From Mytilus californianus (taxonomy: Eukaryota), in the NCBI RefSeq assembly GCF_021869535.1, contig NW_026262593.1, forward strand, positions 54,808,001 through 54,872,000: a DNA stretch of 64,000 nucleotides. Direction: 5' to 3'. Within the stretch, counting starts at the first letter, position 1. Each line of letters starts with the position of its first letter. The notes beneath the pieces are model-generated. The model did not search any database, was not told the origin of the DNA, and saw nothing but the letters and a program-made list of their open reading frames with translations. Below are positions 12,701 to 26,940 of this stretch, piece by piece. Position numbers and translations under genes: made by a program.

Positions 12701-13543
12701 TGGAAGGTTTACAAAACTTTTATAAATATGCTACAGTACTAGTTTCAATTGTGTTTACAATTTTTAAAACAAAGACTCAAACCATATTTGTAGAAAAAAA
12801 AGGCTAATTTTCAAAAAACAAAATCATTATTATATTAGATTCAAAATGCGATTTAAGTTTGTATTTTTAAACTTACATTATATCTTTTTTCAAGTTATAT
12901 TATTGATGTACTGTGTATGTACGCACTTGAACTTGGTGTAAGTTTTTTTCTTCATACCTGTTTCACCAGTACGGCAAAACAGGAAGACACACCCATAACA
13001 CAAATAGCTGAAACAAGAACAAAAACAAAATATCCAAAATCTAACAAATTTAATCAAAACAAACGCTAACACTTAAATATTTCCATAAAAGTGCAAACTT
13101 CAAAAAAAGAGCAAACTGTTATTGAGTAATAAATTGCTGAACACTTGATTTTCCTTAAATATCTTGTACAAGTGAGAGTATTTTTGTAGTCATCTTGTGA
13201 AATACCTTTTTAGATAACCAGTCATTGAAAAAGAAAATATGTCTTTGAAAAGTCAAAGAAAAAATCGCACCGAATACTCATAATTAAATTCAAACTTCTG
13301 ATTTCAATATTTTTATTCACTTTATATAGTACCCAAGTAAGACTTGACCTTAAATTATCTAATCCATCTTCTCATGAAATCATAGTGACAGTCACATTGT
13401 CTCCTATCTTCTGTTTAACACCTTTGACACTGCCCAGACTAATCATATTTTATAAGTATTTTGTCATGCTGCTATTTGTCTGAAATTTATATAATTGTAC
13501 ATAGAATACAAAAGCTATATTCTCTGCATTATTAACAAAATAT

Positions 13544-15229
13544 TCAGTTTGTAACTTTGTATAGGAAGCATTGTCCTAAAAAATTACACACAACGAGTGT
13601 GTTGGTTTTACAGTTGTAGTGTATTGCTCTAGGTGTTTGCAATCCATCTTTTTTTGTCAAGAGGACTCTTGATTCCTTCCCATCGTGTCCTACTACTACC
13701 AATTGATTATTATCCCTACACGCTACGAAAGTATTTCCAGAAGCATCGTTAGTTATATCGGTCGGATAAGCTGATTTCCGACAGTTGAATTTCCAACGAA
13801 CTTCTCCACTCAACTCAGTCGAGAAGACAGCATCCCTATGGTGTGATGTATAATAAAGTTTGTCATTCAGCACTGAACAATGAAGGGAGTTATCAGCTGT
13901 CGACAACGTTGCCAAGGTATTACCAGAAAGATCAAAGAACTGAATGATCTGGTTGTAGAGACTCACGACTAATTGTTCGCCTGTACTAAAAATACCGTGG
14001 CAGTCGTCTTCCGTAGGTATAGTCCTTTGTACATTCGATGAGTTTAAATCAACAATAACAAATTTCTTTGCAAAAAGTAATGTTGTAGCAACTCTGTCTT
14101 TATCTATTACTGTCACATCTAAACATTGATCGTCAATTTGTACGTTTTTGATATGCTCGCCTTCTTGGTTCATGATAACAAGTCTTTTGTTTAACGATTG
14201 ATCGGCAAACACGATTCTCCCGTTGTCGAACATATCGATACCTGTTATAAGCGTTTTGTTGGATGTTCCATCTGCCATGTAGAATGAGCGGATATTTGTC
14301 AATTTAATGTTATCTACAGTGTTAGAAATAGGAACATAAATCTGTCCCTGCTTCTCCTTCTTAAGAAGAGTTTTCTTTGATGACGAAGAATTCACTTCTA
14401 TTTTCCCTAATTCTGTGACGTCTTTCTCGAACTTCATAAGTGTCGGTGAACATTTTATGTAAATATCACAATGGTTCATTTTCTGATCGGTTTGTAAGGA
14501 CATCCAATCTTTTTCTTCTATCTCAATTCTTTTATTCCATTCGTGTATACCAAGGAAAGCTTGGAAATTTGACGCGTGTCGCTTAGTTTTTTCCAAATCA
14601 CCACTGATGTTTTCAACTTTTGTGCGCATTTCTGAGAGCTTTTTAATAAAACTATCAATATTTCCGATCTGTTTTTTCTCCATGTTGTCCAACTTATCCA
14701 AAAGATCTTTTTCTAGTTTAATTAAATGATCATTTATTGCTGCTCGGATATTTTGCACTTCAGAAATGATTTTATTTTTCTGAACTCCAAAAGATGCTCG
14801 ATTATTTTGTTTCTCAGTTATCAGATTGCCAATAAGTGCGCTGATGTCTTTTGCCCTATCTTCTAAATCTGCAAATGCAGCAGACGACTTTGCTCCTTCC
14901 ACTACTTCCGATAATGGCTTCAATTTTTGACAGATACCATGTTCCTCTGAAACACAAGACACACAACATGGTTCGTTGTGAATTACACAATAGAAGTCGA
15001 ATTTTAAATTGTGACGCATGCATTTCTGTATGATTGCAGCAACAGAACTTGGCAGTTTCTGGTAATCTTTTATAGGTATTGGTTTATGGTTCTTTGATAA
15101 ACCCATGCGGCCATGTTGTCTTTCGCATTTATTACATATGGCTTCTTCACATTCTGAACACCAAACGGAGGCAGATTTTGTTATGTTATCTGTCATACAA
15201 ATATCGCATATCGGTACGGATGACGCCAT
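13544..15229 (-). CDS. RING-less TRIM-like protein (B-box1, B-box2, coiled coil, NHL/beta-propeller), 561 aa, single coding exon (copy 1)
   Basis: Open frame MASSVPICDIC..WCSECEEAICNKC..H (B-box1); CMRHNLKFDFYCVIHNEPCCVSCVSEEHGIC (B-box2); helical segment; propeller blades ITGIDMFDNGRIVFAD, DVTVID, PTDITNDASGNTFVAC, PRAIHY. Start set at 15229 because the track's MSFVFQFY lies in a splice-acceptor tract. Confidence 0.9.
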   Translation of the reverse strand: MASSVPICDICMTDNITKSASVWCSECEEAICNKCERQHGRMGLSKNHKPIPIKDYQKLPSSVAAIIQKCMRHNLKFDFYCVIHNEPCCVSCVSEEHGICQKLKPLSEVVEGAKSSAAFADLEDRAKDISALIGNLITEKQNNRASFGVQKNKIISEVQNIRAAINDHLIKLEKDLLDKLDNMEKKQIGNIDSFIKKLSEMRTKVENISGDLEKTKRHASNFQAFLGIHEWNKRIEIEEKDWMSLQTDQKMNHCDIYIKCSPTLMKFEKDVTELGKIEVNSSSSKKTLLKKEKQGQIYVPISNTVDNIKLTNIRSFYMADGTSNKTLITGIDMFDNGRIVFADQSLNKRLVIMNQEGEHIKNVQIDDQCLDVTVIDKDRVATTLLFAKKFVIVDLNSSNVQRTIPTEDDCHGIFSTGEQLVVSLYNQIIQFFDLSGNTLATLSTADNSLHCSVLNDKLYYTSHHRDAVFSTELSGEVRWKFNCRKSAYPTDITNDASGNTFVACRDNNQLVVVGHDGKESRVLLTKKDGLQTPRAIHYNCKTNTLVVCNFLGQCFLYKVTN

Positions 15230-15250
15230 ATAAAACTGAAAAACGAAAGA
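15230..15250 (-). promoter_or_regulatory. Splice acceptor of a 5'-UTR intron, 6 nt before the ATG (same in all four full-length copies)
   Basis: TTTTTCAG + 6 nt + ATG on the minus strand, AG at 15237-36. Equivalent AG at 43327-26, 51480-79 and 61034-33. Confidence 0.7.
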
Positions 15251-15629
15251 CACTTTAGTTTACTTTTTCAACTTTTTTTTATTGCGAAAAATTACATAAT
15301 AAAAGTTAAACTAGATGCCTTGTAAAGCCTGAATCGGTTAGCTGGCAAGAAAATGCAATGTTTAATCTTATTTTCAACTTTTTTGGGATAAATTGTTTTA
15401 TTGTACTGGTCGTTTATTTTGTTTAATAAACTTAACGAGTAGTGGAATAAAACATTAATTTCTTTGTCAAATTTAGTTAACCCCTAAAAAAAGATTGCCC
15501 CGGAAAAACACAATGATTAGAAAGCTTCATATCTACCGAAGACAAGGGAAACATAAATATATTAGAAAAACTGGGCTTTACCCTTTGCCTGGCAGAGTTA
15601 AATATAGATGTTACTTCGGAAATTCTCAA

Positions 15630-16370
15630 CCAGTCAAATATTTACAGTTGAATGATATATTTTGTTCTTTTTATATATCGTGGGAATGTTGAGAAAAATT
15701 GAAAAAAAGCCATCCGTAAAATTCACCTTTCTTTATAATTGCTGTTATTTTTAAAGGGTGAGAATAAGAATCTTAGATTTAAAATCTGACAATTTTTTTT
15801 ACAGAACGATGCATACATTTGTACATGCTAAAATCCACTACTGATATTTTTCCAGCAATTTGTAATTCAAGTAATAAGATGACACACCATGTAACTGCTA
15901 CATATTCTTTTTTATTTCAAAGCTTTACTTCAACCATTAAAATAGTACTTATTAAAGCTTACACACGGATCATGGATGGGCGATTGATAACAACTGATTG
16001 CGAATGCTTGCACTTGAATTTTGAGCCAGGTGAGGTAAAGTCGAATCGACCCGAAAAGGTGAGAGAAAAAAAACGGATCAAGATTTTATACCTAGTCTCT
16101 CTGCACTGAAAAAAGGTTATTTATGATGGTCAATTTGGAAACCAGAAACAATACTTGTATTAGCGTCCTATCAAATCTTCATATGAATACAAGACGGTAA
16201 GAAAATCAAAATGACACCTTATTAATTTCGTGCGTCCTAAGAGTTCAAACCCAAACAATTGAAAGTCATTAAGGGATGTATAAGAACTTAACACGTGAAA
16301 CAAACTATTGAAACACCTCATCATATTTTACACAATTATAGATAAAAGGAGATGTGGGGTATACGTCAGT
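15630..16370 (+). repeat. Duplicated block S1, upstream of copy 1
   Basis: Colinear similarity with 10545-11330 and 52690-53250. Confidence 0.85.
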
Positions 16371-18202
16371 ACGACAGCCACCCAACGATGAAAATAATCT
16401 AAAGACATCAAGTGGGCAATATGCTGTGTTCACTTCTATATGTCTATTAGTTCTATGTTAAATAGTTATAACGAATATGTAGAACAACTTTATCAGAAAT
16501 AAATTCACTTGCTACCCTCTTAATTCACTGAAAACAACTTTTGGTTCCATAGTATTAGACTAGCAAAAATTTACAAAAGTATGAATATGACGGTATATAC
16601 AGTGATAGCGTTTTAAACAGAATACACACATTGAACGTTGGTGGCGAAAGATCCAGAGTTTTGATAAATAGAACGTTTTATCAATTATTTTAAAGTTTGA
16701 TTGATTGTTTGTAAGTATAAGAATATAGAAAAATACAAAAAAAAAAGTCCAATGTAATTTCAAAATGGGGAAGACTATAAAAATTGACCAAATCAAACCG
16801 AACCCATCAACTGAAGAAGTTAAAAGTCAACTGTCATATTCCTGAGTTGATACAGGCATTTTCCGAGAAAAAATGGTGGGTTACAGCTTTTTATGTAGCT
16901 GACTATACATAGGGACTCTGTGGGAACGTCACGTCAATAAACTCATATCTGCCGTAATGCATAATTGGTGTTATCGACGTTGGTAAAATTACAAAAAAAA
17001 AAAAACTTTTTCATTCAATGTCAGTTAAAAATAACATATCACAGGAAACATGAACTTTAGCTCTTCAAACTAGGCTAAAAGTTATAGACTTTACCTTTTC
17101 GTATCTATATTTCATAATAATGTTAAACTCGGTAATATTATCCACAACGTTTATTTTCCGCTATCATATGCAACAATTTACTATCTTATCGGGACCTCGC
17201 GCTATTTATAGAAACGTAAAGAGACATCAAATTTTTGCATGCATCATCCTGAAGTTGAGAACAGTAAAATTTTGTAGGTATCCTAATCCAATTTCGTCAA
17301 CAAGGTGTCTAATTTTGAAGAAAATCAACAAAATTTTGAGTTTTCCCCCGAAAAGATACCCCATGTTCACATATTTTCCAAGGATCCATCGCTCCTCGCA
17401 ATCTACAGCATATCATCTTTACAACAATGTCCAGTTTATGTAAATGTGTTACGAATTGACGAAACGCCAGTGCGTCAAAGGCGGCAAGGTCCAGCATTAA
17501 AAGAACCAAAAAAGCGCCGTAACGTTAGATTTATTCACTGTTCACATCATCATGCAGTCAGTTAAACTTTCAATTTCTGTTAACAAATTTACACTGACGA
17601 ACGTAATGGTTGCGTTATTCACGATCCATTGTTGTCAATTAATCAGATAATTAATTCGAATACATATTTACTTGCTCAAATACGACACAGATTGGCTCGA
17701 AAACTAACTTCATGAAATATTGTCATTATAGATACCTGATAAGGGTCCATTCCCTTTGTTTATAAAAAATAGTTTGAGGTACTGTACAGGATATTTTGAA
17801 CACTTGAATTCACATAACTTTAAAATAAAAATTGTAATGCAATAGTAAGAGTTAAGTATAAATAATTTATTTACTCAACCAATAAAACTTTCCTTTAAAG
17901 AAAAATATATTATTATAATGGAATTCAAACAAAATATGCAATACATGCGACGTAAAATTTTTCTATTTTAAAAATTAGAATGGTCCAGGTTTTGTAAAAA
18001 ATGTTGAAAAAATAAACTATCCCCCCCCCCCCCTTTTCCAAAAAAAAAAAAAAAACAAAAACAAAAACAAAATTAAAACAAGACGAAAAAGAAAAGTCAA
18101 AATGATTTAACGAAAAATTAAAATGAAAATAAGCAAAACAAGCAAAAAAGAATTAACAACATCATGTCTTATCTTAAAATAATATGGATACAAACAAAAT
18201 AA

Positions 18203-18335
18203 AAATAAGGAGATGTGGTATGATTGCCAAAGAGACAACTATCCATCAAAGCCCAAATGAAGTGGATGTAAGAAATTAAAAGCAATCGCGTACGGCCTTC
18301 AACAATGAGAAAAAAACATACCCTATGGTCGGCTA
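18203..18335 (-). repeat. Short PLE 3'-tail family copy
   Basis: aaggagatgtggtatgattgccaaagagacaact is the reverse complement of the tail motif at 33853-33890. Confidence 0.7.
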
Positions 18336-18769
18336 TAAAAGCTTGTTATTGATTGTCCTCAGTTATTACCATTCAGTATTGATTAAATTTGAAGGAAACA
18401 AGTATAATATTTATAATAAGCATTTGATTCAACATTCAATAATAACGAGTGTATTTCGCGCAGACTATCACACACTGCAAAATTATGGAGAAAATAGTTG
18501 GATCATTTGAATTTCATATGCAGTTATCAATTATCTTTTGGTTTACACGTCACAAGTCATTAAACAAAGAAATGCGAGAAGACTATCACTTAAAAACAAA
18601 CTGCCAAAGCCTTTGAAGATGAGGATTTGCAGCAAAGAACTAGAATATATCGATTCAGAAGAATGATCCAAAAACGGCGGAATCTTTTCCCATCCATCGT
18701 TTTTAAACACGTGTGTTTTTGCCGCCGAACATGCGCAGATTTATTTTCATATCTAATTATAACATTCAC

Positions 18770-18982
18770 TTGAAGAAAGATCGATCGCGATCGATCTTAG
18801 CGCTTACACTTGACGAAAGATCGATTCAAATAAGATCGATCTTTTTAAAACCACCTCTGGAGGTGGACTTTTTAAGTCTGATTGAAGATCGACCTTTCCC
18901 GTTTACATTAGACTAAGGATCGATCTTTTTAAGATCGATCTCAAGAATGATCGATCTTTTTTATAAGTGTAAACGGGGTCTT
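18770..18982. mobile_element. MITE fragment rich in GATCGATC palindromes, with a Harbinger-like end
   Basis: About eight (A/G/T)GATCGAT(C) copies; terminus agtgtaaacggggtctta, with an internal inverted cccgtttaca at ~18898. Confidence 0.45.
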
Positions 18983-20198
18983 AGAAAGTTACATAAATGC
19001 TTCCAATCAATTAACACTAAACCACTCACTAAATTCATTTCGAAATTGAAAAATTGCTGCACTTATTTGAACCAGGCGTATGTCAAAGTGTTGCAAATAT
19101 ATGTTTAAAATCTAACAACATTTATCAAGTTGAATTAAGATTTTTTTACCACGATACAGTTTATATTAATGTGATTTAGATTTACATGTTACAGCGTTCA
19201 TTCATAATAATATCATTTTTAAAACTATATCTCCCTGAAAATCTTAAAGTTCCTTTCAAATTATATATATTATATATAGATTAAAGAAAGTTGTATAGAA
19301 TCTAGCTGTTTTTAACCCAGATGTATTATTTCTAAGCTTGAACATTTTGTAACTTGAATTAAAAATATGCATGGCTATACTATCCCTTTTTAAACCAAAT
19401 TGTTTGCCCAGGTTTTTCGGATGGATGTAAGACCCTTATTGAAGCGGCTGTACATTAGCTGTTTGGTATATCGGATGCATAAATACGAGGCAACAGTATG
19501 TCAACTTTAAATTTGAAGCCTTGTTTGCGGAGAGCATTTATCTTTCTGCAAGGCAAATCCACACACATACTTAACAATCCTGCTATAACGTTTGAAGTCT
19601 TAATTTCCTGCCCTTCATTCCGCGATCGTCTATTTTTGAAGACCATAAATAAATGAATAATTTGATTTGCTAACTTATTGAGCATATATGAAATGTTTGC
19701 CACTGGACATAAAGCCAATTATGATTATAAACCACATATCGTGTCATGTATAAAGATCAATCTACAGATGAATAAGAGTTTCTTAGCTGGTTTGACTCCT
19801 TCATGTGAAATAGTTGTCGTTTTCATCCACCACCACACGTATTTATTCAAATACATGCATTGTAATATTTCGATTAAATATTTTTGAAAAATAACATCTT
19901 ATTATTCAACAAGTTTTTTTACTTGGAGGTTACAAGTCCGAAGTATTCTAGAGTCTAAATCAATATATATTGAAGATTTTACAATAAAAATTACACATAT
20001 CTATCTAGTAATTCAAAAGGTTATTCAGTGCTATATATTGTTGTAGGGGACAGTTTTAAAACAGTATTTATAAACAAAATATTATAAAATGATATTCAAA
20101 ATTTTGCATTGAAAGACATCCTTAAAATAACTAAAATGATTTGTATCTGACATACAAGAAGGAGTGTTACTTTAGAGTTTAGTGTGGTGAAGCTGAAG

Positions 20199-20320
20199 CA
20201 CGCCTCCGGGTGCGAGATTTTCTAACTGTGTTGATGCGCATTGGTAGTCTTCGGCTTTTTTCTGCTCTTTGGTCGGGTTGTTGTCTCTTTGGCCATCCCC
20301 GTTTCTATTCTCAATTTTAT
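20199..20320 (+). repeat. Short interspersed repeat (copies also at 28250-28363, 46924-47030, ~49455-49525)
   Basis: Shared ccgggtgcg...ggtcgggttgttgtctc...tt(t/c)(c/t)attctc. Confidence 0.7.
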
Positions 20321-20789
20321 TGGTTTTGTTAAAGTATGCTATTCTTCTTCATTGTTGTGGTACAAATGTATATGTAGAAAATGAAAGGATATGGAATAAC
20401 AATCTACCTAAGTTGCAGCTATGACCCATAATTAGGTGATATGTTTTTAAAGAAATGTCATAATGTTGTGGTTAGACCTTCAAAGTATACACGAAAAGAT
20501 ACCATACTCTAAATATTGATAATGATGAAGACTCTTTGGAAATTGTCCGGATGTCTAATATATTCAAGGAAATTTAGCTCTATTTTTTTCAGAAGAAAGA
20601 TACCAACATAATAATATCCGAACATGGCCATATTAAATTAGATTTAATTCATAACATATAATGGAATTGTTCATATTTTAAGTCCATATTTTGAATTGAA
20701 TGTATGGATGAGTGCCTGCACATATATATGTTACGTATATACAGGCCTGTGTTATTCTCATTTTCTGTACATACAAGATATGTACAGTG

Positions 20790-21120
20790 GCATGTCTTCA
20801 TCCTTGAACCCCAAAGGTGACTGGTGGTATAGAAATATGGTTTTCCCCCGACCACAAGTAAAACCCTTAGCAAAGTGGAGCATCCGTGTGGATGTGCGGG
20901 ATGTGTAAATACGCAACCACGTCCGGTTAGAATAGGGACGAATTGAGGTCCTTGAAGAGAGAGTACCACGCTCCTTGCACGTTAAGAACTTTTGCAGCAA
21001 CTCTTTTATGGGTCCGTGGTTAGCCTGATGAAAGGAAGAAAATTCATGCCCTATCCATTATACCCACATTTTCAGCTGGTGACTGTTAAAATTCCCCTCC
21101 TTTTCCCCGATCGATCCCTA
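20790..21120 (+). mobile_element. Probable SINE with Deu/Nin-like central domain
   Basis: GC-richer island containing agggacgaattgaggtcc...gcacgttaagaac, resembling the recalled Nin/Deu core. tRNA head not confidently seen. Confidence 0.35.
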
Positions 21121-24100
21121 TTACAGAACAAAGCTATTACATCTATTCATATTTTGTTCTCATCCTGAATGTGTTTGAAATATTTGCCATTGGACATGAA
21201 ACAAACTTATAATATTTTTTTTATCTTGGCTCATGAATGAAAGGAGATGTATACAGTAACAAGACAGCAACGTAACCACAAAAAATAATTAGTAATAAAA
21301 AAATTAAAAACACAAATCCAGGCACGTATCATATTTATTATGCACATAATTTGTTTTTCATATTTACTGCAAATTATAACTCAAAAGCGTCAAAAGAAAG
21401 ACAAGCAGCTTTGCTTCAAGTTATGATTTTGTATGCTTAATTTATTATTACTGTCTGAAATCTGGAAATCTTTGAGGTTGATGTAGAGGGTTTCACATGG
21501 AAAGGTGGATTGAAACAAATTTTCTTTGATTTTATCATAATAAAAAATGGTAGAACTAGAAGTCAGTTCTTACCCTGGACCTTTTAGACAAACCGACATG
21601 TGCATCCAACAATGGTAGCCTTATTCAACACTTGCTACACTTCTAAAATAAGAAACTGCTATTTGTGTAAATCATATGGTCAAATGGTAAGTACATGGAA
21701 ATTAAAAATTCAATACATTTGAAAATTTCGTTTTTTAATGTTTTGTGCGAACTAGTACAGTTTCCCGTATTTTCCTGTGCGAAATAAGATTTTCACGTAC
21801 AATGGTCATACACTATAAAAAATAGTTAGTTTTTGCATCCTTTCTGCTCATTTTGTGTATGATGTGTGCTGCAGTAGTTATATGACTAAGTTTTTAAGTA
21901 AGTTTTTATTGTAAATTGGAATGTTGGCAGACAAAAGGTACATATTCACGAATATCAGGCAGATGCTTGGGGTCAAAGGTCAAACCTAAAAATGAAAACT
22001 CTTGTCCTAGTATATTTCTACCACATACATATTTCAAATAATAAATGCTTTTTGTGTATTTTTTTCATTAAAAAAAATCTTACAGAGTCCTTACTATACA
22101 TCCCACTAGTATGACAGTTGTTTACATTTCCGCTATATTGCAAATTGGATGAACAACACACTATCTTAAAAGGATATGGGACAATAATGAGGTTGCAGCA
22201 ACTAAAAGTTTGTCAACAAACATCACAACAAACTAGAAAATAAAAAAAAACATCATTAAAAGTCCTTTAAAAAAGGATCAATTAACTAATTAACTTTACA
22301 TTAACCTATGAAGATATATATTAACATATAAATGATAAAATACTATCTATGCCAGCAATCAGAACAAAATTGTTATAGATGCCACTGTTATGGTTGTAGA
22401 TAAGTTGTAGTTTTATTACGTTCCTCCTGGAAAGGTTGAACGGATAAAGTATTCGATAAAAAATTACAAACAAAATTAACTCTCAATTTCATCTTCAGAA
22501 AACAATAGTTTTGATCAGTAAATGAACATTCGGTGGTATGTTTATACCAAGTGTCTAATTAAAACATTAAGACAAACATTGTGATGATATCTATCAAATA
22601 TAAAGCATATACATAAATGATAGATAAACTGACAATCCGGTGTACATCAGGCAATGGAGGTGTCTGAGAAAAACGATAAAATAAACTGCTGAAACCCGGA
22701 TAAATTCCAAATTATCAATAAGAAATTTTATTTTAAAAACGACAGGAACGCAGACAACTGAATCAGTCATTACTAAGACATTATATTTTCCAAATCTAGG
22801 TATAGAAATAACATCTGTTTGCCTTGAAATGGCCGATGTTTTTAAATAAATAAAATTACACCAATTATCTACGCGTAATTTTTATTTGGTTGACACTAAT
22901 CAAGTATTTCAACAGCTGTTATACAATTTATTTGATAGTATAATTTATGTTGCTATACATATCAATATGAATGCTATAAGCGGAATGTTGGTTTCATAAA
23001 TTACTTCCCCCTGGGCCTCAGGAGATTAACTTTGATGTTTTAATCAAAGGAAAACGAGAGAAATTAAACTTTACTAAATTGGAAAACAAGAAAGGGGTTT
23101 CATATTATTGAATACTATCCATTTTTTTCCATTGTGGCTTTCGAATAGAAAGATAATTGCAGTCCATTAAAAAAAAACAGAAACCACCGACACAAATAAC
23201 TATAAGACATCCATGCCATTTAAACTGCTTTTGTAAATTCAGAAATTATTTTGCAAAAGCGCACACTGCAACTTGGTGATTATTGCTGTATTAAACAATT
23301 GCATTCTGAATCATCTGATACATATATCTGAATGCGGATTTTCCTAAAATCGGAATAATTGTTTTTTGCATTTATGTCCATTCGTGTAGAATAAATGCAC
23401 GCACATTTGAATCATACTGAAAATTGAACTTTTTAATGACTTTCCACATAAGAAAATTAGCAAAATGTATAGTTCGTGCATTTCATATAAGACGTCAGTT
23501 GCTGTATAATACATAACATCTAAATTATTTATATATTTAATCTAATTAATTTAACATTTCTTTTAATTTTGAATTAATTGAGAGGTATTATATTAACATG
23601 AAGTCCGTGATCTTGTATAAAGTTATTAAGTCATATAGGTGACTCATAGGTCCAATGAGCCGGGTGTAACATTGACTATACAAACTCTGTAATTGTGTTA
23701 TATTTTTTGACATATGTTCACAAGTCACTATAATAAACTGATTACTTACTTACTTACTTGCACGCAATAGGTTTTGAATTTACAGTAATTCACTAGATCT
23801 GAGAGGTATATTATCCTATTTCTTCAGAAAATATGAAAATTTGATAATAGCATTTTTTGAAAAGTTAGACAAAAACCTACTTGCTCAGCTTGTCAACCAT
23901 AATATGTCACAAAAAATACTTTAGAAACTTTGTACAAGTTGTATAACAGCCTGATGACAGTATTGTTATCATCTAGTACCGTCACGTAAAATTTGTCCAC
24001 CACGTTACCATCCATGTTTTGACAAAGGACAAAATACTGTTATTTACCTTTGATTGATATGGTATGATGCCATTCAATTGTTCCTTTTGATTAAAAAAAC

Positions 24101-25899
24101 TCTGATGCTTACAAAAAAGAAACAAAATTATAAAACACAAAGTGTTATAACCGTCTGCTGACCGAAATGCAACCAAGAAGTAGTGTCATGTGATTTCTAG
24201 AATACGGTTACGTCCCTTTGACTGTTTGAGCCTAGATACGGTCTGATATCATTTAATAAAACTCGAAGTTATGATTGTCTGCCATGACGTCATGGAATAA
24301 CTAATGCAATGAAGTTGAAATATATAAAACTGATTACTTATTTTATTGGTTAATTTGGCATTTAAACAAATGGAATTTATATTATCTAAAAACACATATG
24401 ACTAATATATACAAAAGGAATGATTAACTAGACAGAAAAAATATCAGAAACGTCATTAATGTGATACTCTTGCTGACAAGTTAACACAAAAACTGAGGGT
24501 CTTGATGGGGTTTACACAATATAGTATACTTGTGAAAATTATAAAATTACGGAAAAAATTAAGAACGATAAAATAAACTAAACAATTAGGTATACAGAAT
24601 CAAAAGGTGCTAAAAAATGTCCTAAGAATTCAAGAGGACACTAATTACAAACGCCATCATGAATAATAAACTAACGTTTTTGGTCATAAAATTATTTTTG
24701 GTTGACCATATCAATGATATCTGTTTAGAACTTTTTTTGAGATTTCCAAAGGTTTTATCATGTTATGATATAATGCAGTTTCAAACCAAGTTAATTAAAA
24801 AGAAAATAAATTTCATCCTCAACTTCAATGTTTCAAAATTTGAGGATTATATACCGTACCTAAGTGCTTACTATCTGACTCTTTCTATCTCTTACTTTTG
24901 TGAATCGAAACAAACGTAGTGAATACTTGCCGGTCAGCATCATTTAATACTGTAAAACATATTCATGTGGAAAATAAATTTATCACTGTAAATATTCGAT
25001 AAAGTCTTAACTTATTATCACTCTGGGTATTTAATCATCATGAAATTCAGACTTCTTAAAACAAAGGTATAATGAAATTAACTGTTGACACAGAGATATG
25101 CCTCGACTATCGGCATAAAATTCAGAAAAAACCTAATCTGATGGACAGCAACATTGCTTGTCAATGCACTCACTGCACTATGTTCTAGTGATCACGGTCT
25201 TACAATGGTCGACACGCTGATATGAACAGATAGTAATTAAACTTTATAGAAAAAAAAATCGTTGTTTATTGTAAAACGTTCCTATGAATAAAAGCAACAT
25301 CTTACGCATCCTTTTTGTTTGTTGGACCAGACCAAAATTTATTATTTCGTCATCTTTTATACATTTTATTGGATAGTTTTTTTTTAAATTTAATTTGCTT
25401 ACTAATACGAATTGTTAGATCAATAATCAGTGTTTCATAAATTATTTCATTTAAGCCCCTGGAGATTTTTGCCGTGTTTTTTTTAGAGAACATTAAAAAA
25501 TAAATCAGCTTCAATTTGAACAGAGGAGATTGGGCTTCATTTAGAAATACCTTTTACTGCCTCTTTTGGTAAAATCATAATTAAAATCAATAGGAGCAGG
25601 GTATTTTCAATTTCTTGTTAGTGCTCCAATTTGTTAAAAAGTTTATAATGGGTTTTTTTTAGAGACAGAACAGTAAAAGACAAAATTATTCAAAATACCA
25701 TTCATGCCGCTAACAATGATATACCAGATTTTAAGGAAGAGATGTATCTTCTTACTTCAGAAAACTAAAACAAAACCACTTAAGCAAAACTTTCAATAAA
25801 TTAATATTCTATAGAAATAGCCATTTAATACTTACTTTATGAATCAGTCATAAAAAAATCCCCAATTAATACTGCAGGTATTTTGTTTAAGTTTGATAA

Positions 25900-26940
25900 C
25901 ACACTGTCAACAGAAAGGAAAATATGACACGTGGTATAGCTTTCACGAGTGACAACATACGGAAATGTTCTTTTGACTCTTATAGTGTTTACACTAAACA
26001 GGAAAAAACTCTTATTTCAACTTTATGTATGTATTGGTAATTGTTTAATTTTTGTCATTAAATAAACTATTGTTTTGATCTTATGGGGCGGATATATTTA
26101 ATGTTCACTATGATGTTGAAAATTGATCTGTACAATCAGTTTGAATTGCATACACTTAATAATAGTCTACATTGATAAGCTCGACCTTAAGACAACATGA
26201 ACAAGTGAAATACAATAATATTGAACGTGTATGACAAAATGTTTATCAAACAAAATATGTTATGGACGTGACAGAAGTGCGTTTAAAGGAATATTATATA
26301 TCCGAAATTATAAGTTAGGGATTTTGTTATCAAAAACTTCTCAAACTTTTAATAAATCAAAATCACACAGATACTATACCCGTAGAATTTGTTTTAAAAC
26401 GACAAATCACACCCTAGTAAGTACGATATAGGTAAAATACGATCCATATTAACGTATTGATCTTTTGAATAAACAAATTCTTAGTGACATTTTAATAAAG
26501 TCTTTGAATATTCTATCGGTACGGCCATTGATTTTTTTAAATAAATTAAAACATAACTAATAATGTATTACTACGGCTTTGCAAAAACTTATTATCCTAC
26601 AACTTGCTGATGTTTTATACACATATTATGGCATTCAATTAGGTCATGATTTTCTCAGACTGTGTATGATGTCTTAATGATGGTTTAATTTTATTCATCT
26701 ATCTAATATGATTTTTTTTGTACAAAGTCACTGAGGAAATAAAACAATTCAATCGTCAACACTTATGTAGAATTATTTGGAGAATATATTCAAATAAATA
26801 ACATCTTGATAACTGACTCTTTGAAACATGTGCACTGACTTTGGATAATAGTGAGTGGTTGCCTTTGAACTTATTTTGAAAAGATACAAAACACACAAAT
26901 AGAAGTACCCCTTTATCATCGGTAAGTATTAGATACAATA
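25900..26940 (+). repeat. Duplicated intergenic block S3 (paralogous to 45770-46850)
   Basis: Shared ctgtcaacagaaagg, ggtaaaatacgatc, ttgatcttttgaa.aaacaaattct.agtgacatt, ttgataactgactctt, gtgagtggt. Confidence 0.85.

Noticed and set aside
15230-15253. N-terminal extension MSFVFQFY on copy 1
   Set aside because: It overlaps the polypyrimidine/AG acceptor conserved in all copies, and the paralogues start at MA(S/T)SVPIC.
17120-17565. Overlapping ORFs in a GC-richer patch
   Set aside because: No recognisable motif; possibly a transposon fragment but not supportable from sequence alone.
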